Virus record (IMG/VR): IMGVR_UViG_3300006120_000020
DNA: 20,000 bases
DNA from: an uncultured virus (IMG/VR IMGVR_UViG_3300006120_000020)
Taxonomy: Duplodnaviria > Heunggongvirae > Uroviricota > Caudoviricetes
Reading direction: 5' to 3' (one strand)
This document shows, one piece after another, positions 13,495-20,000 of the stretch. A program made the translations under genes and the position numbers. The first letter of the stretch is position 1. Every line of letters starts with the position of its first letter. Under the pieces are notes generated by a model, which did no database searches, was not told the DNA's origin, and was given only the letters and a program-made list of their open reading frames with translations.

Positions 13495-15210
13495 TTATTT
13501 GACCACTTGACTGAAGTTGTTTTTCTTCTCAAATCGTATTACCGATCTGAATTTGTCAAATAGCTGGTCGCCTTTGTGAGAAATCACAAAGACATTGGTA
13601 TCATGTCCCATTTCATGAATCAATTTCAAAAATTCTTCTGTACCTACAGTATCTAGGCTTGAATCAAATACTTCGTCTAGAATCAGTAGGTTGGTACTTA
13701 CACTATTCTTCAACTTGGCAATTTGGCGCCATGTAAATAATAATGCAAGGTCAATACGCATCTTTTCTCCTTCGGAAAAATTAGCGTAAGAAAACTCGTC
13801 ACGATGGCGGCTCTTAATTGTTTCATCAAAGTTCTCATCGATATTAAAGTTAACAAAGAAGTCCATTGCCTTCAAATACTTGTTAATGAGTTTGTTCATT
13901 ATAGGCAGGTATTGTTTAATGATTCTGGTTTTGATACCACCATCTTTCAACAATGTGCCTGCAAACTCCATGTATTGTTTTTCTTTCAATAGAGTTTCAT
14001 ATTCTTTTCTGCTTGCAACCAATTCAGCTTTCAGTTGATTCAACTTCTCGTTGTCATCTTCCGAGTTCTGTGACTTGGTATTCAACTCACCAATTTCTTT
14101 CAACAACTTACTAATGTACTTGTTAATTGCATTGATGTTTGTGTTGTGTTTCATCACCTCTTGTTGATGAGCTGTAATCTTCTGGAGAGTTTCCTGAATA
14201 GTCTGTAACTGAGAGGATAACTTACTAATGTGGCTTTCAACCTTCGACAACGCAGTTTCAACCTCACTCTTAACATCGACAATTCTTTCCAACTGAGAAG
14301 ATTTGAATTCGCTTGGGATGCTCTGCTTGCACGTTGGGCAGTTGTCATTCTCATGATAAAATGTTTCGTCCTTCTTCAATCTTTTTAATCTTGTTTCCAG
14401 CTTAGATTCAAGTTGTAAAAACTCTTTAGACTTAGTTTCAAACTTACTCTTATCTGCAACCCTAGACTGCATTGCATCGATGTGTTTCTGTATTAGGTTT
14501 ACATCACGAGTAATCTTGGCAACCTGTGTCTTTGATTCTTCAATTTCTTCCTGTTTACGGTCAATCTCAGCCTGATTGTTCTTACGATGTTCTTCAATAT
14601 TTTGCAATTGAAGATTAATCTTTTCTTGTGCCAAACTAATATCGTACTTGATCTTAGTCAGGTTCTCTTTGTTCAATGAGTATTTTTCTTTTAGAATACC
14701 ATTCATCGTAGAAAAGATTTGAATGTCTAAAAGGTCTTCGATGATTGCTCTACGATCAGCAGGTGATAATTGCATGAACGGAACAAAAGAAGCTGAACCA
14801 AGAATAACAACCTGCGTGAAAGACTTGTAATTCAACTTGAGAATTTGTTTCTCTAACACTTCTTGGTAGTCTTTTGCGGCTGCATCTTGATTCAGCAAAA
14901 TACCGTCACAATGGATTTCAAACACATTTGGTTTAATACCACGAGCAACTTTATATTTCTTTTTACCAATAGTGAACTCAACTTCAACCAAACCTTTTTG
15001 ATTGTTGATAGAGTTCAGAAGGTTTGGTTTGTTAATTTTACGAAACGGTTTACCGAAAAGACCAAAGCACAAAGCGTCAAGAATGGTGGACTTGCCTGCA
15101 CCATTATGACCAATAATCAATGTGTTCGGTGACTTGTCCAGCCGAATTTCGGTGAACGAGTTGCCGGTGGAAAGAATATTTTTCCAACGAACTGTTTCAA
15201 ATAAAATCAT
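13495..15210 (-). CDS. 46: recombination endonuclease ATPase subunit gp46 (Rad50/SbcC-like)
   Basis: GHNGAGKST, zinc hook CPTC, FSEGEK signature, LILDEVFDSSLD, VISH. Confidence 0.97.
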   Translation of the reverse strand: MILFETVRWKNILSTGNSFTEIRLDKSPNTLIIGHNGAGKSTILDALCFGLFGKPFRKINKPNLLNSINNQKGLVEVEFTIGKKKYKVARGIKPNVFEIHCDGILLNQDAAAKDYQEVLEKQILKLNYKSFTQVVILGSASFVPFMQLSPADRRAIIEDLLDIQIFSTMNGILKEKYSLNKENLTKIKYDISLAQEKINLQLQNIEEHRKNNQAEIDRKQEEIEESKTQVAKITRDVNLIQKHIDAMQSRVADKSKFETKSKEFLQLESKLETRLKRLKKDETFYHENDNCPTCKQSIPSEFKSSQLERIVDVKSEVETALSKVESHISKLSSQLQTIQETLQKITAHQQEVMKHNTNINAINKYISKLLKEIGELNTKSQNSEDDNEKLNQLKAELVASRKEYETLLKEKQYMEFAGTLLKDGGIKTRIIKQYLPIMNKLINKYLKAMDFFVNFNIDENFDETIKSRHRDEFSYANFSEGEKMRIDLALLFTWRQIAKLKNSVSTNLLILDEVFDSSLDTVGTEEFLKLIHEMGHDTNVFVISHKGDQLFDKFRSVIRFEKKNNFSQVVK

Positions 15211-16283
15211 ACTTTATCTTGACTCAATGCCTCTACGTAGAGTTCTTTCAATATTTTTTTCAATGTACTGTTGTCTATATTTTCATTCTCAACAGAGTCC
15301 ACAAACTTGTTTAGAATAGTCAAAGTATCTTCAGCTTGGTCGATTGTATCATCTTCTACACCTTCTGTCAAGTCTGTAAAGTCCTCAACAATGGTAATGT
15401 CCACAGGATTAACCTGGTAAAGATTCTCAATCATGCGGTCAAACAGATATGGATTAGTTTTGTTAACTACCACAACTTTAACGTATGTGTTGGTATGTTT
15501 GCTTAGGTCTTTATTGGTAATTTCTTGGATAGATTCCACTTTATCATCGTAGATTATCCTATGAAACATCCTGTTAGTATTCTGAATGAATTCAAGACTA
15601 TGGCTATCCAAATCGAAAATATGAAACCCACGGTCATCATTGTAGTCCTGCCAAGTAAGTTCATAGGGGTTACCCAAATAATATATGTCACTAGCGTTAG
15701 ACTTGTGGTGATAATGACCACTAAAAGTATGAGTGAACTTGTTGAACAAAGCACGATCTAGTCCTTCTTCCGATTGCATACCACGATACATTGCGAACCC
15801 AGCAATCTCAAAATGCCCACAACAAATACTAGCTTCAGTGTCTTTTAATGTGTCCATTGAGTCTTGATAATTTTCAGGACAAATCCATGGCATCATGCAA
15901 ACAGGATATCTTTTGGCACCCAAATAGATTGTTTTTGGATGGTGAATAACATTGATGTTATCATACTCTTGTAACAATAGTTTAACAGAATTCACCGAAT
16001 TGGTGTTCTTAAAGTATGTGTCATGGTTACCAGCCAACATGTGTACTTTGATACCTAACACATGAAGTCGGTCAAAGAACATCTGTTTGGCACGTTTCAA
16101 CGTAAAGAAGTTGACATACTTTCTACGGTCAAACGTATCACCAAGAATTAATACCGTGTCAATATTTTCCCTCTCTAATGTGGGAAAAAATATGTCGAGA
16201 TAAAACTTCTCGTAGTAGTCAAGAATCTGTGGTGAATCGTTGCGAGCACCAAAGTGCTGATCTGTAATTAAGGCTATTTTCAT
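15207..16283 (-). CDS. 47: recombination endonuclease nuclease subunit gp47 (Mre11/SbcD-like)
   Basis: DQHFG, GDTFD, GNHD, GHFE, SGHYH phosphoesterase motifs. Alternative GTG start at 16307. Confidence 0.96.
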   Translation of the reverse strand: MKIALITDQHFGARNDSPQILDYYEKFYLDIFFPTLERENIDTVLILGDTFDRRKYVNFFTLKRAKQMFFDRLHVLGIKVHMLAGNHDTYFKNTNSVNSVKLLLQEYDNINVIHHPKTIYLGAKRYPVCMMPWICPENYQDSMDTLKDTEASICCGHFEIAGFAMYRGMQSEEGLDRALFNKFTHTFSGHYHHKSNASDIYYLGNPYELTWQDYNDDRGFHIFDLDSHSLEFIQNTNRMFHRIIYDDKVESIQEITNKDLSKHTNTYVKVVVVNKTNPYLFDRMIENLYQVNPVDITIVEDFTDLTEGVEDDTIDQAEDTLTILNKFVDSVENENIDNSTLKKILKELYVEALSQDKV

Positions 16284-16316
16284 TTTTCGATTGTGCAGTT
16301 TTTGCACATTGTACTA

Positions 16317-16847
16317 CTAATCCAAAAAATTTTCAATACCCTTGGGCTTCTTTGCCGGTTTCTTTTTCTTGTTTTTCGTTTCTTCAAATGTCTCAATGAA
16401 GTCGGCAATATTATCGTACAACTGGAACTGCATGGTATTACCATCAGAATCCATCATTTCATATTCATCTAAAATACCAAACTGTTCTGTGGCTTTGTAT
16501 TTGACGTATAGTTGTTTCTTTTCTTTGCCAATTCTACGGAGAAATGCGTAGTAGATAATCTGTGTGAAGTATGCAAATGGGTTCTTTGATTTTGCTGGAT
16601 CAAAGTTATTGAAGTACATAAGACAGTTTTCGATACCATCACCTATCATGTCTTCCCTATGTGGGTAGTTTATGAAGTTTGGTTTGTGTGACAAGCCTTC
16701 TGCAATCTTCATCCAACATTCACCAATATAATTTGGTATTTCGGGTGTAGGTTTATTCGATTCACTGGCAATCTTACATTTCTCTTTGTAATCTGTAAGT
16801 GCCTTCAAGAAATCGGCGTTGTTTATATAATGTTTAGTTTTACTCAT
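16317..16847 (-). CDS. 55: sigma factor for late transcription gp55
   Basis: HYINNADFL, YIGECWMKIAEGLSHKPNFINY, DMIGDGIENC, NPFAYFTQIIYYAFLRRI.KEKKQ. Confidence 0.96.
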   Translation of the reverse strand: MSKTKHYINNADFLKALTDYKEKCKIASESNKPTPEIPNYIGECWMKIAEGLSHKPNFINYPHREDMIGDGIENCLMYFNNFDPAKSKNPFAYFTQIIYYAFLRRIGKEKKQLYVKYKATEQFGILDEYEMMDSDGNTMQFQLYDNIADFIETFEETKNKKKKPAKKPKGIENFLD

Positions 16848-16870
16848 TTCAAATATACCATAAAAAGTTG

Positions 16871-16899
16871 TTGACAAAAGGCTTGACAAGTGATACAGT
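16871..16899 (+). promoter_or_regulatory. candidate antisense sigma70 promoter in the gp55 upstream region
   Basis: TTGACA (16871-16876), 17-nt spacer ending TGA, TACAGT (16894-16899). Second TTGACA at 16883-16888. Confidence 0.5.
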
Positions 16900-16926
16900 C
16901 TCGGTGTTCCCTATAATAAAATTATA

Positions 16927-17301
16927 TTAATGGACCACTTGATTATTATTTAATTTCATGGATTCCATAATCTCCATAATTTCTTGGTCATTTAATTGGT
17001 CCAAATCATTTTTAGCTTCCATTAAGGATTTAATTTTTTGTACAGCATTAATATAATATTCCTTAAATTCATCTTCCGGTTCCAACATGGTAAGGACCGA
17101 ATCTGGATGTAACATAGCCTCATTCTTTTTAATCAGTTGAATTGGCAACCAATGTGCAAGTTGCAATACACCTTGAGGTTCGTTGTTTCTAAAGTTGATA
17201 TGTACCAACATTGGTTCAGAGATGCAGATACCATATTCTGTGTTTACACTTCCCACCAAATCGTCTCCATTCTTAAGTCTTACAATTTTAATATTGTTCA
17301 T
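16927..17301 (-). CDS. conserved T4-like hypothetical protein (Sm-like beta N-terminus) between uvsW and gp55
   Basis: IKIVRLKNGDDLVG...I..P......L..W.P pattern. ATGA overlap with uvsW. Confidence 0.75.
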   Translation of the reverse strand: MNNIKIVRLKNGDDLVGSVNTEYGICISEPMLVHINFRNNEPQGVLQLAHWLPIQLIKKNEAMLHPDSVLTMLEPEDEFKEYYINAVQKIKSLMEAKNDLDQLNDQEIMEIMESMKLNNNQVVH

Positions 17302-18791
17302 TTCTTAACTCCTATTTTATAGATTCTATATGGAAACTTTTCTTGGTTATAGATATCAGTTCTTTCAATGAAGTGTTTCAAAGTAAAGTTTAAGTGTTTT
17401 TTGTGTCTGAGGTCGTCTGCGATATCGTAGAGGGTAGCTCTGTCTTTTCCTTCTCCTTTTCTGAGTCCTCGGCCGATAGATTGGAGATTCCGAACACGAG
17501 ACTTAGAAGGTGAAGCAAATATGATGTTATGTAAATTGCGAATATTAATCCCAGTACTAAAAGTACCATATGAAGCCACAATGATTGCATCGTTTTCTTC
17601 CTCCACTATTCGTCTAATATCTTCTCTTTCGGTTACATCAACATCACCATGAACAAAAAACACTTTTCTATTGCCAAGATTCTTAGTGTCCTTTATCATA
17701 TTATAAAGGATTTGTCCATGTTTTTCAACCATTTGATACAGAATCAGTGTATTTTTGTTTAAAGATACCGCAAGATTACGAATAAATTTGTTTCTGTTCT
17801 CGTTTGAAATAAGAAATTCAATTTCTTCCTGGTATGTATAATCTCTGGCCAACTCGCAAATTTCATTATCATACTTCAATAGTAAGCATTTGATTTCAAA
17901 ATCTGCAACCTTGTTGGTGTCAATCAGTTCTCTTGTGGTGATAACTTGTTTCACAGGACCAAACAGACCCTCAAGAACAAGTTTGTGTGTCTTGGTGCCG
18001 TCTAAAGTACCTGTTAGGCCAATACGATACTTGGTGTTGATACAAGAAGTTAATATGGTGGTCAAAGATTGTGCTTTAAATAGATGCGCTTCATCACCAA
18101 TCACAAAATCAAACTGTGCGAAGTATTCTTTGTCCATCTTATACAAAGACTGCCACGTAGAAATGGTTACAGCTTTGTTTGTTGATTTTTCTTTGCCTTG
18201 ATAAATTCGATGCACATTCTCTGGTACATCAAAGTCGTTGTTAGATGAGTAGTCTGCAAAGTCAGAGTATAACTGTTCAACCAAAGATGTTGTAGGAACA
18301 ATAATCAGTCCTTTCAAGCCTTGATAGTCTAACAGTTGACGTATAATCATATAGATGATTAAGGACTTACCTGATGACGTTGGAGACAACAACAATCTTC
18401 TGTGTGATTGCATAGCATCAACGAACGCACTCAACTGGTGTTCATGCACATCCAGTTTTTTACCTTTAGAATGTAAATTTAATTCTTCTGCAAACTTCTT
18501 TGCGTGATACATCGAGAACTCCGACTCAACATCGGTGTTACCTGTATCGACTGTGTAACCACGGTCTTTTGCAAATTCTAAAATGTAATCTAGTAGACCA
18601 AGATAAATTTGACTTGTTGTTAAATTGAACAGTCTAATCTTGCCGTCCCATATACGATTCCTGAACGCAGGAACGAATTGATGACCAGGGACAAAGAATG
18701 TGAAGTACTCTGATAATTCTTTCGCCACATGTCGTTCACACTCGACCTTGGCGTATACTTGATTATCTTTACTTAATATGATATCAGACAT
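17298..18791 (-). CDS. uvsW: DNA helicase UvsW (SF2)
   Basis: WDGKIRLF, SPTSSGKS, DEAH, GLTGT, FSTGINI, QSIGRGLR. Confidence 0.96.
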   Translation of the reverse strand: MSDIILSKDNQVYAKVECERHVAKELSEYFTFFVPGHQFVPAFRNRIWDGKIRLFNLTTSQIYLGLLDYILEFAKDRGYTVDTGNTDVESEFSMYHAKKFAEELNLHSKGKKLDVHEHQLSAFVDAMQSHRRLLLSPTSSGKSLIIYMIIRQLLDYQGLKGLIIVPTTSLVEQLYSDFADYSSNNDFDVPENVHRIYQGKEKSTNKAVTISTWQSLYKMDKEYFAQFDFVIGDEAHLFKAQSLTTILTSCINTKYRIGLTGTLDGTKTHKLVLEGLFGPVKQVITTRELIDTNKVADFEIKCLLLKYDNEICELARDYTYQEEIEFLISNENRNKFIRNLAVSLNKNTLILYQMVEKHGQILYNMIKDTKNLGNRKVFFVHGDVDVTEREDIRRIVEEENDAIIVASYGTFSTGINIRNLHNIIFASPSKSRVRNLQSIGRGLRKGEGKDRATLYDIADDLRHKKHLNFTLKHFIERTDIYNQEKFPYRIYKIGVKK

Positions 18792-18954
18792 AGCCTTCAC
18801 TTCTTAAATAGTAATATAGTGACAGACACACAAGATATAAAACCACATAAAACAATGCTTTAGCTCTAAACATTGTTGAGGCAAACAACATTCCTAATAT
18901 AAACGAAAGTAGGTTTAATGTGTGTACTGAAACTGAAAATAAATTATTGTCCAC
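18784..18954 (-). CDS. 56-aa two-TM membrane protein MDNNLFSVSVHTLNLLSFILGMLFASTMFRAKALFYVVLYLVCLSLYYYLRSEGYV
   Basis: GTG start 10 nt after GGAG. Overlaps the uvsY end and uvsW start, filling the gap. Two hydrophobic segments joined by RAK. Not in the ORF track. Confidence 0.65.
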   Translation of the reverse strand: MDNNLFSVSVHTLNLLSFILGMLFASTMFRAKALFYVVLYLVCLSLYYYLRSEGYV

Positions 18955-19378
18955 CTATAAATTTCTCCCAAGAAATAAAATCTCTTAGTTGCCATGTACG
19001 TTGTTTCAGTTCATTCATAATAGATTCAATGACTGATACACATTCTTCATGGTACACTTTCTTTTCCAGTAACTTGATAAGGTCTGCATCAGCCTCAAGA
19101 TAACTGGCCATATCAGACTTCAGTACAAACTGAAACGGTTCCCAACCGTATTGATCCAGTTCTTCCTGTGATAGTTTGCCTGTATAGTATTCCATTTTGA
19201 TCTTACGCATACGTAGATAATCAAAGTTTGCCTTCTTTACGGCAATCTTATGCTTGGTCAAAATGGTGAGATATTTGTTGTGGTACTTTGGAATTTTCAG
19301 TAGTTCTTTACCAGGCTCGGTCTGGTCAATATCTGAATCTGATTCCCAGTATTTTAAAATCTGTTCTAAATTTTCCAT
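18944..19378 (-). CDS. uvsY: recombination mediator UvsY
   Basis: W..DS.ID, KIPKYHNKYL, EYYTGK, PF..VLKSD...YLEAD.DL, R.WQLRDFISWEKF..G. Upstream of uvsW. Confidence 0.92.
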   Translation of the reverse strand: MENLEQILKYWESDSDIDQTEPGKELLKIPKYHNKYLTILTKHKIAVKKANFDYLRMRKIKMEYYTGKLSQEELDQYGWEPFQFVLKSDMASYLEADADLIKLLEKKVYHEECVSVIESIMNELKQRTWQLRDFISWEKFIGGQ

Positions 19379-19409
19379 AATAAAATCAATAAGTTAACAC
19401 TAAAAAAAC

Positions 19410-19438
19410 ATAATAACATAAACGATGTTAGAAAGCAA
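19410..19438 (-). promoter_or_regulatory. sigma70-type promoter of uvsY-uvsW
   Basis: TTGCTT (19438-19433), 17-nt spacer ending TGT (TGn), TATTAT (19415-19410). Confidence 0.6.
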
Positions 19439-19452
19439 GCCTTATGTTAGAA

Positions 19453-19971
19453 CTATGCCGAAACATAATCGTAGTATTCAAACATGAATGATGCATCACC
19501 AACAATTACAGTTTCAGAGCCTTCTGTAACATCAAATTTAATGTCAGAAAGTGAAATTGGGAATGTATTGTAGAAGTTAAAACGACCAATCGGATTGTTC
19601 AAATTAGATAACACGATAAGTGTGGCATCAGAGTAGTTAGATGTGTTTATAGTTTGTTGTTGTGTCAGTCTGTTTCGTTCACTAAACCCTGTTGGAGCCG
19701 CAAAAGAACGCATCCATTGGTGCAGATTCATCCAAGAACTCAAGTCACCATTCACGTTAAACGTAATTCTCAATGGGTTGTATGCAATCTTTGTGCTTGC
19801 CAAAGGTATGTCTAGAAAAGGAGTGTTCAGAGTGGCATTACCTGTACTAATACCAGGTAAATCCACAGACTGGCAAAAATATTGTGTATCTGGTATTCTA
19901 CTGAACGACAAAAGAAACTTTGACGGCTGTAAATAACCAGTATTTTCTGGTGTTCTGTCTAATGCTGACAT
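19453..19971 (-). CDS. 3: tail tube terminator / tail completion protein gp3
   Basis: N..YLQP..F......P...YFCQ.V.LPGIS, SDATL..L..NN, FP.SLS...FD motifs. gp3-uvsY-uvsW synteny. Confidence 0.8.
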   Translation of the reverse strand: MSALDRTPENTGYLQPSKFLLSFSRIPDTQYFCQSVDLPGISTGNATLNTPFLDIPLASTKIAYNPLRITFNVNGDLSSWMNLHQWMRSFAAPTGFSERNRLTQQQTINTSNYSDATLIVLSNLNNPIGRFNFYNTFPISLSDIKFDVTEGSETVIVGDASFMFEYYDYVSA

Positions 19972-20000
19972 TCAATTCTCCTTATTCAATATTTAGGAAG

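Overview
A 20 kb segment of a large T4-like (Tevenvirinae/Kyanoviridae-style) myovirus genome, with all genes on the minus strand. In transcription order (right to left) it encodes: gp3 tail terminator, uvsY, an unlisted 56-aa two-TM protein, uvsW, an Sm-like protein, gp55, gp47, gp46, a ParB/Srx-like protein, peptide deformylase, a DUF4338/DruA-like protein, an HTH protein, a glycosyltransferase-like protein, dNMP kinase, gp45, an unlisted FlbD-like protein, a T4 DsbA-like protein, a Tat-signal protein, gp44, gp62, regA, hsp20, a GNAT, tRNA-Ile2(CAT), rubrerythrin with an unlisted mini-rubredoxin, dCMP deaminase, a zincin, a cytidylyltransferase-cupin fusion, and the start of a tRNA array (Gln-TTG, Ser-TGA, Ser-GCT, atypical Ile-TAT, Cys-GCA). 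The host is plausibly betaproteobacterial (inference). The main finding lies in front of the tRNA array. A 41-codon leader ORF (945..1070, absent from the ORF track) uses all 19 non-Met amino acids in its first 28 codons and 27 distinct codons in its first 29. It sits inside a complete protector/antiterminator/terminator architecture. This is a candidate 'pan-codon' ribosome-stalling attenuator that would induce phage tRNAs when a host tRNA is depleted. Other notable elements are an inter-tRNA three-way-junction RNA, a tRNA-Ile(UAU) with a long variable arm, a boxA, stop codons inside tRNA 5' ends, a ROSE-like thermometer and structured leader on hsp20, and an OxyR-like box on the rubrerythrin promoter. 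All protein calls come from motif recognition by eye and all RNA folds were paired by hand; no searches or folding software were run.
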